A DNA stretch of 64,000 nt from Thermodesulfovibrionales bacterium. Its GTDB lineage: Bacteria; Nitrospirota; Thermodesulfovibrionia; Thermodesulfovibrionales; UBA6898. Below the pieces are notes generated by a model. That model ran no database searches and was not told the DNA's origin. It saw only the letters and a list, made by a program, of their open reading frames with translations. The translations under genes and the position numbers were made by a program. Where the stretch lies: positions 32,001 through 96,000 of the forward strand of contig JBIOIY010000003.1 of the NCBI GenBank assembly GCA_044450345.1, written 5' to 3'. Position 1 is the stretch's first letter, and each line of letters begins with the position of its first letter. Shown in pieces: positions 48,113 to 58,969 of the stretch.

Positions 48113-49452
48113 TGGGTAAGACCACGGTAATCATTTTTCTTCTCTTCCTTTTAGGCATTAGCGCCTTTGGGTATTTCAATCAGGAACTCGTCACAATCAA
48201 GATCCCTGCAGGGGAAAGCTACGAAGTCTCAAAGTTTATTCTCGTTCTTCTTTCGATCGCTATCGGGGTGTTCATCACTTTTATCTTCTTCGCCATCAGG
48301 GACACCAAAAAATTTATCGGTAACTGGCAGTATCAAAAAAGGCAGAAGCAGGACGCAAAGGTACAGGGGCTCTATTCCAAGGCGGTCAACGCCATCCTCG
48401 CGCACAACGAGGATGCGGCAAGAGAGGCGCTGGAGGGCATCCTCGCGGAGGAGCCGGACCATGTGGACGCACTCCTTAGGCTGGGGGACACCTATGCAGC
48501 AGAGGAGGATTTCCAGAAGGCAAACATTTCCTATCAAAAGGCCAGGATGATCGATCCCCGGAATCTTGAGACCCTTTTTGCTATGGAAAATGCGCTCGAA
48601 AAGACCGGCAGGTGGGCGGATGCGCTTAAGTATATCGAAGATATCCTGGAGATCGATGAGGACAATCTTACAGCCATGTACAGGAAGCGGGATATACTTG
48701 AAAAGCAGGGGAGATGGGACGACCTTGTCTACCTGCAGAAGTCGATCCTTAAGAACGAACATAATGAAAAAGACAAAAAACGCGAGCACCAAAACCTTAT
48801 AGGATACGAATATGAATACGGCAGGCATAGCCTCGAAAACAACCAGCTGGAAAAGGCGAAGAAGGCGTGTAAAACTGTCCTCCGGATCGACAAGGACTTT
48901 GTCCCTGCTACGCTCGGGCTTGCGGAAGTGATGCTCAGGGAAGGAGAAAGCGAGGAAGCGGTCAACCTCCTCGAAAAGTCATACGAGAACAACTCTTCGA
49001 AGATCGTTCTGGCAAGGCTTGAGGATTTGCTGATAACCATTGGAGAGCCGGCGAGGCTTATCACTATATACAAAGAGGGCATAACAAGGAACCCGAACGA
49101 CCCGGTTACGAGATTCTTCCTTGGCAAACTGTATTACAGGCTCGAGATGATCGACGACGCATTTGAGACCCTGTCAGGAATGGATACATTAGGGGTAGCC
49201 TATCCGGAGCTTCATCAGTTGCTGGGCAATATCTATTTGAGGAGAAACCTTCCTGAAAAGGCCGCAAGCGAATACAAAAAGGTGATCGATGTAAGAAAGC
49301 CTTTGAGGCTTCCGTACTGCTGCGGAAAGTGCGGGTCCAGTTCGGACGAGTGGTCAGGCCGGTGCCCCAAGTGCAGGCAGTGGGACACGTTTCAATTTAA
49401 CCTCGAAGGCGCATGTTCACCTGCTCAGGCGGGTCTCGCGGTCGGCAGGTGA
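48112..49452 (+). CDS. LapA-LapB-like fusion (2 TM + TPR + C-terminal rubredoxin-like Zn site)
   Basis: TM-NQELVTI-TM N-terminus, TPR repeats and C..CG..W.G.CP.C..W. Confidence 0.75.
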   Translation: MGKTTVIIFLLFLLGISAFGYFNQELVTIKIPAGESYEVSKFILVLLSIAIGVFITFIFFAIRDTKKFIGNWQYQKRQKQDAKVQGLYSKAVNAILAHNEDAAREALEGILAEEPDHVDALLRLGDTYAAEEDFQKANISYQKARMIDPRNLETLFAMENALEKTGRWADALKYIEDILEIDEDNLTAMYRKRDILEKQGRWDDLVYLQKSILKNEHNEKDKKREHQNLIGYEYEYGRHSLENNQLEKAKKACKTVLRIDKDFVPATLGLAEVMLREGESEEAVNLLEKSYENNSSKIVLARLEDLLITIGEPARLITIYKEGITRNPNDPVTRFFLGKLYYRLEMIDDAFETLSGMDTLGVAYPELHQLLGNIYLRRNLPEKAASEYKKVIDVRKPLRLPYCCGKCGSSSDEWSGRCPKCRQWDTFQFNLEGACSPAQAGLAVGR

Positions 49453-50210
49453 AGGCTCTTGCGCTGAGGAGTCTTGTCTCCTTTCTTGATTCAGAACTTG
49501 GCCTTTCAGAATTTCCCAAAGATGAGAGCATAAACGGTCTTCAGGTAGAGGGAAAAGAGCGGGTCGCCGGAATCGGCGTCGCGGTCGATGCGTGCGAATA
49601 TGTTTTCAGGGAGGCCGCCGCAAAGGGCATCGATTTTCTCCTGGTGCACCACGGGCTTATCTGGGGCGGAATCAGATCGATCAGAGGGGCCGCACGGAAA
49701 CGGATAAAGGCCCTCCTCGATGCCGGCATTTCCCTCTATGCCTGCCACCTTCCTCTCGATTGGCATCCGAAGTATGGAAATAACGCAGAGCTCCTCAGGG
49801 TACTTTCCATCAAGAAAACGGGTGAGTTCGGCGAATACCACGGAAAAAGGATCGGCTACCGGGGAAATGCCGGCAGGCCCATGTCCATGGACGAATTCGT
49901 AAAACGTGTGGATAAGACCCTCAAGACACGGTCGTCTTACGTGGATTTCGGGAAAAAGGTCCATAATGTCGGTGTCGTATCTGGTGGCGGCTGGTCAGCG
50001 ATTCATGACGCCGAAGAATTAGGCATCGATACCTTTCTTACCGGGGAGCCGTCCCACTCTGCGTATACACTTGCGGAGGAGATGAAGGTCAACCTTATAT
50101 TCGCGGGGCATTACGCTACCGAAACCGCGGGTGTGAAGGCTGTCGGGAAGATGCTTTCAAAAAAATATAGCGTTCCAGTCGATTTCATAGACCACCCGAC
50201 GGGGCTTTAA
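49449..50210 (+). CDS. Nif3-like dinuclear metal center protein
   Basis: NGLQVEG, VHHG, CHLPLD and AGHYATE motifs. Confidence 0.93.
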   Translation: MKALALRSLVSFLDSELGLSEFPKDESINGLQVEGKERVAGIGVAVDACEYVFREAAAKGIDFLLVHHGLIWGGIRSIRGAARKRIKALLDAGISLYACHLPLDWHPKYGNNAELLRVLSIKKTGEFGEYHGKRIGYRGNAGRPMSMDEFVKRVDKTLKTRSSYVDFGKKVHNVGVVSGGGWSAIHDAEELGIDTFLTGEPSHSAYTLAEEMKVNLIFAGHYATETAGVKAVGKMLSKKYSVPVDFIDHPTGL

Positions 50211-50212
50211 GA

Positions 50213-50297
50213 AGCTGTCAGCGATCAGCTCGGATTATTCAAGAATACAAGAGGAGGGCATATCCATCTTTTTGCTGATAGCTGAAAGCTGAGAGCT
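50213..50297. repeat. Inverted heptamer repeats (AGCNNTC)n / (GCTGANA)n between convergent genes
   Basis: AGCTGTC AGCGATC AGC ... GCTGATA GCTGAAA GCTGAGA GCT. Confidence 0.75.
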
Positions 50298-50302
50298 TTT
50301 TG

Positions 50303-51118
50303 CTATCTGTCGGCGATACCCTGAAAGACCTGCTTCATGATTCTAAGGATTTCGGGCTGAATGCTCTTATTCCCGGCGACAATATTTCCTGTCGAAAGAT
50401 AATCCTCCCCCCCGCCGAAGTCGGTGATGAGCCCTCCGCCTTCAGTGATGAGAATGCTTCCTGCCGCAACATCCCACGGACTCAGGGCAAGCTCGAAGAA
50501 TCCCTCGAACCTACCGGCAGCGATATAGGCCAGGTCAATCGCTGCCGAGCCTGCGCGGCGTAGATCGCTCACTTCGCGGAAGATTTCCTTGAATGCCCGG
50601 AGGTAATGATCGATCATCTCTTTCGCCCTGAAGGGGAAGCCGGTTGCGATAAGACTCTTATCGAGAGAAGCGACACCCGATACAATGATCTTCTTGTTGT
50701 TCAAAAAAGAGCCGCCGCCTTTCACCGTATGAAAGAGTTCGTCCCTCACGGGATCGAAGACGACGCCTAAAACGACCTCACTTTTATACTGAAGTGCAAT
50801 AGATACCGAAAACATCGGGTAGCTGTGTATGTAATTCGTTGTGCCGTCGAGCGGGTCTATGATCCAGCGGTAATCCCCGGTGTCTTCCTGTTTCAGCGTC
50901 TCTTCTGAAAGAAATAAGTGCGATGGGAATTTCTCGCGGATCGTCTGCATTATCACCGCTTCGGACCACCTGTCCACCTTTGTGACGAAGTCGAATGCCT
51001 GCTTTGTCTGTATATCTTCCTTTGACAGATGCCCGAGGTTTTTGATAATAATGTCGCCTGCAAGTCTTGCTGCAGAGACAGCAGTTTTCAGAAATCCCAT
51101 CGAGAGATCATCGTTCAT
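50303..51118 (-). CDS. suhB: Inositol monophosphatase family (SuhB-like)
   Basis: WIIDPLDGTTNY and WDVAAG motifs. Confidence 0.88.
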   Translation of the reverse strand: MNDDLSMGFLKTAVSAARLAGDIIIKNLGHLSKEDIQTKQAFDFVTKVDRWSEAVIMQTIREKFPSHLFLSEETLKQEDTGDYRWIIDPLDGTTNYIHSYPMFSVSIALQYKSEVVLGVVFDPVRDELFHTVKGGGSFLNNKKIIVSGVASLDKSLIATGFPFRAKEMIDHYLRAFKEIFREVSDLRRAGSAAIDLAYIAAGRFEGFFELALSPWDVAAGSILITEGGGLITDFGGGEDYLSTGNIVAGNKSIQPEILRIMKQVFQGIADR

Positions 51119-51939
51119 AGAATGGTATGACCTTGCTTAGCCCTTCGCTGTCTGACCGCTTCATAGAGGCAGACAGCCGCTGATGTTGCCACATTAAGGC
51201 TCTCCGCATTCCCGTATATAGGAACTTTTAAAAATACATCCGCGGATTTTCTGATCGTCTCGCTGACACCGCGTGCCTCGTTTCCGAAGACGAATGCGAC
51301 AGGGCCGTCGAGTTCTGCATTAAAAACAGATTCGGCGGCATCTGCCGAAGTCACCGCCAATTTTATATTCATATCGCGAAGCCACTTCACGAAAGTTTCT
51401 GCCTTTGCATGTGCGATGGGGACATGGAAAATACTGCCGGCCGTTGCCCTTATCACCTTCGGGATAAGAACGTCGCATGTGCCCTCAAGAAGTATCACTG
51501 CGCCAATACCTGCAGCGTCGGCGGTCCTTATGATCGTGCCGAGGTTCCCGGGTTCCCGAATTCCGTCGGCAACCGCAAAGATCGGGTTTTTCTGCACGGG
51601 AAGTCTGTCAAGCGAGGATTTCTCATATGATACTACCGCTGCAATGCCCTGGGGCGTTTCCGTGTCCGTTATCTTGTTGATCACGTGTTCGGTCGTCACA
51701 AAGATATTCGCGCCCTTTGTCCGGAGGGTCTTCAAGAGCCCGCCGCCTTCTCCCTCAGAGCCGAAGCGGTCTGTGAAAAAAACCTCCCGGATGCCGACGT
51801 TTGCTTCGATCGCTGTCTCTATGATGCGACTTCCCTCGATGACGAACAGGTTTTGCTCCGGCGTATGTCTTCGCTCCCGTATCCGGACAGCTTCCTTGAT
51901 GCGGAGGTTGGCTGTGCTGGTAATTCTGAGAAATTCCAT
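51115..51939 (-). CDS. TrmH/SpoU-family RNA methyltransferase
   Basis: PGNLGTIIRTADA, FGNEARG and ESLNV motifs. Confidence 0.92.
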   Translation of the reverse strand: MEFLRITSTANLRIKEAVRIRERRHTPEQNLFVIEGSRIIETAIEANVGIREVFFTDRFGSEGEGGGLLKTLRTKGANIFVTTEHVINKITDTETPQGIAAVVSYEKSSLDRLPVQKNPIFAVADGIREPGNLGTIIRTADAAGIGAVILLEGTCDVLIPKVIRATAGSIFHVPIAHAKAETFVKWLRDMNIKLAVTSADAAESVFNAELDGPVAFVFGNEARGVSETIRKSADVFLKVPIYGNAESLNVATSAAVCLYEAVRQRRAKQGHTIL

Positions 51940-51999
51940 GACAGACTAACTTTATCAGAAATAGGGTTTAGTTTCTATAGTGGCGGCAAGACGGCGTAA

Positions 52000-52032
52000 A
52001 CACCGTGAGAAAACCTTGCTTTCTCACGGTGT
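52000..52032. promoter_or_regulatory. Perfect 13-bp inverted repeat between divergent genes
   Basis: ACACCGTGAGAAA-7nt-TTTCTCACGGTGT, 4 nt before a TTGACT. Confidence 0.65.
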
Positions 52033-52090
52033 AAAATTGACTAATTGGAAGGTATTATTTTACATTAAGTAAGTACGCAAGGAGGAGAAT

Positions 52091-53383
52091 TTGGGCACTA
52101 CCATTGAAGATATAAGCACAACAAGGAAGCGGCTGAAAATCGAGATCCCGACGGATATTATAGAGAAGGAATATTCCGAATCGATGGACAAGGTGAGGCA
52201 GAGGTCCCGTATTCCCGGTTTCAGGCCCGGCAAGGCCCCGATCACTCTCATAGAAAAAAAATTCGGCAATGACGTCAAGGCCGACATTATAGACAGACTC
52301 GTGCCCCAATATTACTCAAAGGCAATGAAAGAAGCTGAACTCGTGCCTGTGACCCTTCCCCAGTTCGAGGGCACGCTGGATTTTAAACGCAACGAACCCC
52401 TTTCCTTTGCACTTACGGTCGAAGTGAGGCCGAAGGTCGGCGATCTGAAATATGCCGGATTGAAAGTCGATGATATCCCCTTCGATGTCGAGGAAAAAGA
52501 GATAGAAGATACGATCAAAGGACTTCAGGAAGGAAGGGCGATGTTTGAGGGGGTAGAAAGAGAGATCAGGGAAGACGACCTCATCTTAATAGATTATGTC
52601 AAGCTTGATACGACCGGTGAGAAAGAACTCTCTTCTGCAAAAGACCAGGTAATGAACCTCGGGAACAACCTGACGCCAAAAGGGATCCTCGACGAATTGC
52701 TGGGAAAAAAGAAGGGAGACGTTGCCGAGATCGTCCTCCCTGCCGTTGAAGGCGGTGAAGTGAATGAAGGCGCACAGGGGAACCGCCTGAGGATAACAGT
52801 GAAAGAGGTGAAGGAGAAGAAGCTCCCGCTGATAGACGATGAGCTCGCAAAGGATTTTGGCCACGACTCGCTCGATTCCCTGAGACAGAAGGTCAGAGAC
52901 GGGATCCTCAAGGCCAAGAAAGACAAGGCTGCGGGTGAGCAAAAGGCAAAACTCCTCGATACGCTGGTTAAGGCGTATGATTTCGATATCCCGGAGACGA
53001 TGCTCGAACATGAACTCCAGACCCTTGTGGTAAACGAGAAGCACAGAGGACAGCCCCAAGGGGGTGCGCAGAAGACGGCCGAGGAGACTTCTCCGGGGGA
53101 TGACGATAAGCTTGCCGAGGAACTCAGACCCAAGGCGGTCCATAACGTTAAAGCTACCATACTTCTCGATATGATCGGTGAAAAAGAGGGGGTGTCCGTC
53201 ACCGAGGAGGAACTGAAGACCAGAATATCCCTGCTCGCCCGGCATCTCCAGACAACACCGGAGGCCGTGGTCAACCTTTTTATGACAAAGGACGAGTCCC
53301 TCGAAGGCCTGAAGCATTCGATAAGGGACGAGAAGGTGCTGGACCTCATCTTGTCTAAAGCTGAAATTACAAAAGGAGCATAA
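52091..53383 (+). CDS. tig: Trigger factor
   Basis: PGFRPGKAP motif, AGGAGG RBS with TTG start, and tig-clpP-clpX synteny. Confidence 0.95.
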   Translation: MGTTIEDISTTRKRLKIEIPTDIIEKEYSESMDKVRQRSRIPGFRPGKAPITLIEKKFGNDVKADIIDRLVPQYYSKAMKEAELVPVTLPQFEGTLDFKRNEPLSFALTVEVRPKVGDLKYAGLKVDDIPFDVEEKEIEDTIKGLQEGRAMFEGVEREIREDDLILIDYVKLDTTGEKELSSAKDQVMNLGNNLTPKGILDELLGKKKGDVAEIVLPAVEGGEVNEGAQGNRLRITVKEVKEKKLPLIDDELAKDFGHDSLDSLRQKVRDGILKAKKDKAAGEQKAKLLDTLVKAYDFDIPETMLEHELQTLVVNEKHRGQPQGGAQKTAEETSPGDDDKLAEELRPKAVHNVKATILLDMIGEKEGVSVTEEELKTRISLLARHLQTTPEAVVNLFMTKDESLEGLKHSIRDEKVLDLILSKAEITKGA

Positions 53384-53389
53384 TAGATC

Positions 53390-53986
53390 ATGAGCGTAAT
53401 ACCGATAGTCATTGAACAGACCGGCAGATCCGAAAGGGCCTATGACATATATTCGAGGCTCTTAAAGGACAGGATCATTTTCCTGGGCACCGCTATCGAC
53501 GATAATGTCGCGAATACGGTCATTGCACAGATACTCTTCCTCCAGACCGAGGACCCCGACAAGGACATACATATCTATGTGAACTCTCCGGGGGGTGTGG
53601 TATCTTCCGGCCTTGCGATTTACGACACTATGCAGTATGTAAAACCCGATATCGCCACGTATTGTGTTGGACAGGCCGCGAGCATGGGAGCCCTCCTTCT
53701 TGCCGCAGGCACAAAGGGAAAGCGGTTTGCACTGCCGAATTCCAGAATAATGCTGCACCAGCCGATGGGCGGGTTCCAGGGTCAGGCTACCGATATCGAG
53801 ATCCATGCAAGGGAGATATTGAGAATGAAAGATACCCTCAACAATATCCTTTCATCTCATACGGGACAGCCTTTTGACAAGATACGGAACGATACCGACA
53901 GGGACTTTTTTATGTCGGGGGCAGAGGCGAAGGAGTACGGGATCGTCGATGAAGTAATCTATACTATGAAGAAGAAAAAGGGGTAA
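53390..53986 (+). CDS. clpP: Clp protease proteolytic subunit
   Basis: [16 protein letters not shown] and MLHQP motifs. Confidence 0.97.
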   Translation: MSVIPIVIEQTGRSERAYDIYSRLLKDRIIFLGTAIDDNVANTVIAQILFLQTEDPDKDIHIYVNSPGGVVSSGLAIYDTMQYVKPDIATYCVGQAASMGALLLAAGTKGKRFALPNSRIMLHQPMGGFQGQATDIEIHAREILRMKDTLNNILSSHTGQPFDKIRNDTDRDFFMSGAEAKEYGIVDEVIYTMKKKKG

Positions 53987-54021
53987 GCCGGGCATGACAG
54001 CGGTTCCGGTGGAGGATTAGA

Positions 54022-55263
54022 ATGGCGAAAAAAGACGAAGAAGCGCTTAAATGTTCATTCTGCGGCAAGGGGCAGGAAGAGGTAAAAAAACTTATCGCGG
54101 GACCGACCGTATATATCTGTAATGAGTGCATAGAGCTCTGTAACGAGATAATCGCGGATGAACTGTATGTGGAGGCGGGGGGAGAGGCGCTCCCGAAGTT
54201 ACCCACCCCCAAGGAGATCCACAATGTCCTGAACGATTTCGTGATAGGGCAGGAAAGGGCCAAAAAAATTCTTTCCGTTGCAGTTCATAACCATTACAAA
54301 AGGATTTACAACCCGGCCGAATCCGACGTGGAGCTGCAAAAAAGCAATATACTCCTGATCGGGCCGACCGGGACCGGAAAGACCCTGCTGGCGCAGACCC
54401 TGGCGAAGATATTGGACGTGCCTTTTACAATAGCGGACGCAACGACTCTTACCGAGGCCGGATATGTTGGAGAGGACGTGGAGAATATCATTCTCAAGCT
54501 CCTCCAGGCGGCCGACTATGATGTCGAGAGGGCCCAGAGGGGGATCGTATATATAGACGAGATAGACAAGATCAGCAGAAAATCCGATAACCCCTCTATA
54601 ACGCGCGACGTCTCCGGAGAAGGCGTGCAGCAGGCGCTTCTGAAGATAATAGAGGGTACGGTTGCCAATATCCCGCCTCAGGGAGGGCGCAAGCACCCTC
54701 AGCAGGATTTCATCCAGGTGGACACGACAAACATCCTCTTTATCTGCGGGGGGGCTTTCATAGGACTAGATGGGATAGTGGAACAGAGGACAGGCAAAAA
54801 GACCGTCGGATTCGGGACGAACGTCGTGAGCAAGAGCGAGAAAAAAATAGGAGAAATCCTGAGCTCTGCGGAGCCCGGAGATCTTATCAAATACGGCCTC
54901 ATCCCTGAATTTGTGGGCAGACTTCCGGTTGTCACGACGCTCGAAGAGCTCGATGAAGCCGCTCTCGTAAGAATACTCTCGGAGCCGAAGAATGCGCTGG
55001 TCAAGCAGTACCAGAAACTGCTGTCTTTCGATAACGTCAGGCTGAAATTCACGGACGGCTCCTTGACTGCCGTAGCTAAAAAAGCGGTGCTCCGCAAATC
55101 GGGTGCGAGGGGGTTGAGGGCGATACTTGAAGAGATAATGCTCGATGTGATGTATGAAATCCCTTCTCAGAAGGGCATAAAAGAATGCCTGGTAACCGAG
55201 GAGACCGTAATAAAAAGGGACAAACCGATACTCATTTACGAAAAACAGGCAGAATCGGCGTAA
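54022..55263 (+). CDS. clpX: Clp protease ATP-binding subunit
   Basis: CSFCGK Zn finger, GPTGTGKT and RKHP motifs. Confidence 0.97.
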   Translation: MAKKDEEALKCSFCGKGQEEVKKLIAGPTVYICNECIELCNEIIADELYVEAGGEALPKLPTPKEIHNVLNDFVIGQERAKKILSVAVHNHYKRIYNPAESDVELQKSNILLIGPTGTGKTLLAQTLAKILDVPFTIADATTLTEAGYVGEDVENIILKLLQAADYDVERAQRGIVYIDEIDKISRKSDNPSITRDVSGEGVQQALLKIIEGTVANIPPQGGRKHPQQDFIQVDTTNILFICGGAFIGLDGIVEQRTGKKTVGFGTNVVSKSEKKIGEILSSAEPGDLIKYGLIPEFVGRLPVVTTLEELDEAALVRILSEPKNALVKQYQKLLSFDNVRLKFTDGSLTAVAKKAVLRKSGARGLRAILEEIMLDVMYEIPSQKGIKECLVTEETVIKRDKPILIYEKQAESA

Positions 55264-55287
55264 AGAATAAAGAGGATGTTCAAGCAG

Positions 55288-55320
55288 AAAGGGAGCGGCT
55301 TTAAAGCCCGCTCCCTTTTT
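55288..55320. terminator. Probable bidirectional terminator
   Basis: AAAGGGAGCGG / CCGCTCCCTTTTT between convergent genes. Confidence 0.8.
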
Positions 55321-55750
55321 ATTTTTTTGTTCTCAGGGATTTTTCAGCGGCTGCACGCACCGCATTTCTTAGTTCGGCGTCGCTGATATTGTCAGTGAGG
55401 CACTCGATAAAGCTCGCATCTTCAGATGACAGTTCGGACGGTTTCTGACAGGTCTCCTCGCAGGTCCCCGCAGGGGAGACCTTACCGATCCTGAACCGGA
55501 TTTCCCGGACGCCGTGTCCTCTCAGTTTCGCCAGTATCTCTTTCTTTAAAAAATTGAGCTGCTGGATCCATATCGGGGAATCGACGTTCAGAAGGAGTTC
55601 TCCTTCAGTCAGCCGTGAAGGAGACATATGGAGCGAGAGAGGCTTCTCAAAGAGAGTATGCCAGTCGTTCTTGATTCGTGAAAGGCGGACGCCGGACTCG
55701 ATGCCGAGCCTTTTCACTAACGGTCCGAGCAGGGAGCCCGCCTTTTCCAT
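55319..55750 (-). CDS. DciA/DUF721-family protein
   Basis: W..LF..PLS.H..P..L..G.L...VDSPIWIQQL pattern. Its start overlaps the rpmB stop (TAATG). Confidence 0.75.
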   Translation of the reverse strand: MEKAGSLLGPLVKRLGIESGVRLSRIKNDWHTLFEKPLSLHMSPSRLTEGELLLNVDSPIWIQQLNFLKKEILAKLRGHGVREIRFRIGKVSPAGTCEETCQKPSELSSEDASFIECLTDNISDAELRNAVRAAAEKSLRTKK

Positions 55751-55938
55751 TATACGATCTTTTTCACGACACCCGAGCGAAGGCATCTGGTACAGACGTA
55801 AGCCCTTTTTACTCCCTTCGCAGTAGCGATTCGAGTACTTTGAAGATTGGGCATTATACGTCTCTTTGTCTTGTTGTTGGCATGACTGACATTATTACCG
55901 ACAGACTTTTTCTTTCCGCACGCAACACAGCTTGCCAC
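55750..55938 (-). CDS. rpmB: 50S ribosomal protein L28 (CxxC...CxxC form)
   Basis: [31 protein letters not shown]. Confidence 0.95.
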   Translation of the reverse strand: MASCVACGKKKSVGNNVSHANNKTKRRIMPNLQSTRIATAKGVKRAYVCTRCLRSGVVKKIV

Positions 55939-56065
55939 TAGTGGATCCTCCTTTCAGAATTGCAATAATTGAGTCATTTATGATACCATTTTAAGATTAA
56001 TGATACAAGGACAGACGGTTGTTCGTCTATTGTTAAAAAAACGTTTTCAAGTAAGGCCCTGAATA

Positions 56066-58495
56066 ATGTCAAAAGTAAGAATATACGAGTTAGCCAAAAA
56101 GTTAAATAAACAAAATAAAGAGATCCTTGACGAGCTTTTGAAGCTTGGCATAGAAGGCAAGACCCACTCATCCGGCATAGAGGCTGAGATCGCGGAAAAA
56201 ATAACGAAGGCCCTCACGGCTCCCGTCCCCTCCAAGGCGGGAAAACCGGTCCCAAAAGTTCAAGTGAAACCGCCTCAGGAGCGGATGCCTGAGACGCCGA
56301 CTCCTCCTATGAAGCCTCAGCAGCAGAAGGAGGCTGTCAAGGTGCCCGAAAGAAAGGCAGTTCCAGAGACCGCCAGGCCCCATCCTGCATTTGAAAAAAA
56401 AGGACCGGGTGAACAGCAGGACCCCGCACAGAAAGCACAGAAAAAGGCCGTTGCCGAAACCGGGGTGAAGGAGCCTTCTGTTCCTGAAGAAACGGTAGCC
56501 CCGCCTCTTCCGACTGCTGAGACAGAGGAAGAGATAAAATTACCCGATAAGTTCAAGAAAGAAATGGAGGCCGAGAAGATAGAGAAGTTCAAGGCCAAGC
56601 CGGGTCTTCAGCGCGCTTTTCAGGCCATAAGGAAGATTGAGCCGAAGAGATGGGATGTTAAAGGCGGTAAACATAAGGGCGATAGGGGACGATTCGGCCA
56701 GAGACAGGATACGAAGGGACAGATCCTTTCCACGATGCCCAGGAAGAAGAATCTGAAACTCAGGGAAGGCACAACGGTAAAAGAGTTTTCCGAGCTTATC
56801 GGATTGAAATTTTCTGACGTCATTAAGAAGTTTATGGAGCTGGGATACATGCCTACTATTAACCAGCCCGTGGATCCCGATGCCGCCCTCCTTGTAGCGG
56901 AGGGGTTCGGTGTCAAGCTCGAACTTGCGTCGGTTGAGGAAGATACCCACTTAGAGGAAGTGCAGGAGGACGTTACAAAGCTGATTCCGAGGGCCCCCGT
57001 AGTTACTATTATGGGACATGTCGACCATGGCAAAACGTCACTTCTCGACGCCATCAGGGAAACGAAGGTCACCGAGACCGAGGCCGGGGGAATAACCCAG
57101 CATATAGGAGCCTACAAGGTCAATCTTAAGGGGAAGGACATTGTCTTCCTCGACACGCCCGGGCATGAGGCGTTCACGTCAATGAGAGCCAGAGGCGCAA
57201 AGGTTACGGATATTGTCGTCCTTGTAGTCGCAGCCGACGACGGGGTGATGCCGCAGACCGTTGAAGCGATAAACCACGCAAAAGCTGCCAACGTACCTAT
57301 TGTGGTTGCGGTTAACAAGATTGATAAGCCCGAGGCGAATCCTGCAAAGGTGAAGAGCGAGCTTTCCGAACACGGCATTATCTCGGAGGAGTGGGGGGGG
57401 CACAATATCTTTGTGGAGGTCTCGGCGAAGAAGCGGATAGGGATCGAACATCTGCTCGAAATGATACTCCTGCAGGCCGAGATAATGGAACTCAAGGCAA
57501 ATCCCGATAGGGAGGCAAAAGGCACGGTCATCGAGGCCAAGCTCGATAAGGGCAGAGGTCCTGTCGCTACCTTGCTTGTCCAGACAGGGACGCTCAGAGG
57601 GGGAGAGGCGCTGCTGTCCGGCGTGCATGTAGGAAAGGTGAGGGCTTTGATCGACGACTCCGGCAAGAGGATCCAGGCCGCCGGTCCTTCGACCCCTGTC
57701 GAAGTGATAGGGTTTTCTGAAGTGCCTTCCGCCGGGGATGTATTTACCGTAGTGGAAGATGAAAAAAGGGCCCGGCAGATAGCAATGGCGAGGTTCCAGA
57801 AGCAGAGGTCCATCGAGATTGCGAAGGCGAAAAAATTGACCCTTGACGAGCTTTACACAAAGATTAAAGAAGGACAGATAAAGGAACTGAACATCATCAT
57901 CAAAGGAGATGTCCAGGGTTCTGTGGAGGCGCTCAAGGACGCCCTTGAAAATATCACCCATCCCGAAGTTAAGGTGAAAGTCATTCACACCTCGGTAGGA
58001 GGAATCAACGAGTCAGACGTCATGCTTGCGACCGCTTCGAATGCGATCATAATAGGTTTCAATGTGCGGCCCGAAACCAAGGCCTCGCAAACCGCCGAGA
58101 AAGAAGGGGTCGACATCAGACTGTACAATGTGATTTACGAAGCGATAGAGGACGTCAAAAAAGCTTTAGAGGGTATGCTTGAACCAACACTCAAGGAGAA
58201 GGTCCTTGGGCGGGCGGAAGTCAGGCAGCTCTTCCCTGTATCGAGACTAGGAACGATCGCGGGCTGTTATGTCGTCGATGGGTACATGTCGCGCGTGTGC
58301 GATGGTATCCGGGTCTTGAGGGACAACATAGTCGTATATGAGGGGAAACTCAGCACGCTCAAAAGGTTTAAAGATGATGTGAAGGAAGTCCAGACCGGCT
58401 ATGAATGCGGGATCCTCATAGAGAACTTCAACGACCTGAAGGTCGGGGACATCCTCGAAAACTATATCATAGAAAAAATAGCCGCGAAATTATAA
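56066..58495 (+). CDS. infB: Translation initiation factor IF-2
   Basis: [16 protein letters not shown] and NKID motifs. Confidence 0.98.
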   Translation: MSKVRIYELAKKLNKQNKEILDELLKLGIEGKTHSSGIEAEIAEKITKALTAPVPSKAGKPVPKVQVKPPQERMPETPTPPMKPQQQKEAVKVPERKAVPETARPHPAFEKKGPGEQQDPAQKAQKKAVAETGVKEPSVPEETVAPPLPTAETEEEIKLPDKFKKEMEAEKIEKFKAKPGLQRAFQAIRKIEPKRWDVKGGKHKGDRGRFGQRQDTKGQILSTMPRKKNLKLREGTTVKEFSELIGLKFSDVIKKFMELGYMPTINQPVDPDAALLVAEGFGVKLELASVEEDTHLEEVQEDVTKLIPRAPVVTIMGHVDHGKTSLLDAIRETKVTETEAGGITQHIGAYKVNLKGKDIVFLDTPGHEAFTSMRARGAKVTDIVVLVVAADDGVMPQTVEAINHAKAANVPIVVAVNKIDKPEANPAKVKSELSEHGIISEEWGGHNIFVEVSAKKRIGIEHLLEMILLQAEIMELKANPDREAKGTVIEAKLDKGRGPVATLLVQTGTLRGGEALLSGVHVGKVRALIDDSGKRIQAAGPSTPVEVIGFSEVPSAGDVFTVVEDEKRARQIAMARFQKQRSIEIAKAKKLTLDELYTKIKEGQIKELNIIIKGDVQGSVEALKDALENITHPEVKVKVIHTSVGGINESDVMLATASNAIIIGFNVRPETKASQTAEKEGVDIRLYNVIYEAIEDVKKALEGMLEPTLKEKVLGRAEVRQLFPVSRLGTIAGCYVVDGYMSRVCDGIRVLRDNIVVYEGKLSTLKRFKDDVKEVQTGYECGILIENFNDLKVGDILENYIIEKIAAKL

Positions 58496-58612
58496 CAGTA
58501 GTTTTTCCCGAGTCCCTGCCCCCTTCTCAAGGGGGATCTTATTCCCCGGCTCCAGAGGAGAAAATGGATTTTATTAATTGTGTTCTCAGGGAGACAATAG
58601 ATAAGGTGATAT

Positions 58613-58969
58613 ATGCTTCCCTATAAGCGTTCGGACAGGGTCGGCGACCTCATCAGAGAAGAAGTCGCTGATATTATAATGTATAAGCTGAAGGACCCTA
58701 GAATCGGGTTTGTCACCGTCACGGGAGTTGATCTCAGCCCTGATCTCAAGTTGGCGAAGGTCTACGTAAGCATCCTTAAAGAGGACGAGAGAGCACAGAC
58801 ACTCGACATCCTTAATTCATCGAGGCACTTTATCAGGTCCTTACTGACTAAGAGGCTGAAGATGAAGATCATCCCTACTATAGAATTCAGGCTGGATACC
58901 TCTATCGAATACGGATTCAAGATAGACAAGTTGCTGAAGGAGATAAAGGACAGCGATGAGGATACCTAG
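58613..58969 (+). CDS. rbfA: Ribosome-binding factor A
   Basis: LKDPRIGFVTVT motif and synteny with infB. Confidence 0.95.
   Translation: MLPYKRSDRVGDLIREEVADIIMYKLKDPRIGFVTVTGVDLSPDLKLAKVYVSILKEDERAQTLDILNSSRHFIRSLLTKRLKMKIIPTIEFRLDTSIEYGFKIDKLLKEIKDSDEDT

Noticed and set aside
56220..56560. Pro/Glu/Lys-rich low-complexity stretch in infB
   Set aside because: Normal variable N-terminal linker of IF-2.
52586..57988. Long antisense ORFs opposite tig, clpX and infB (also opposite sat and qmoB)
   Set aside because: Expected shadows of biased codon usage, with no motifs or RBS.
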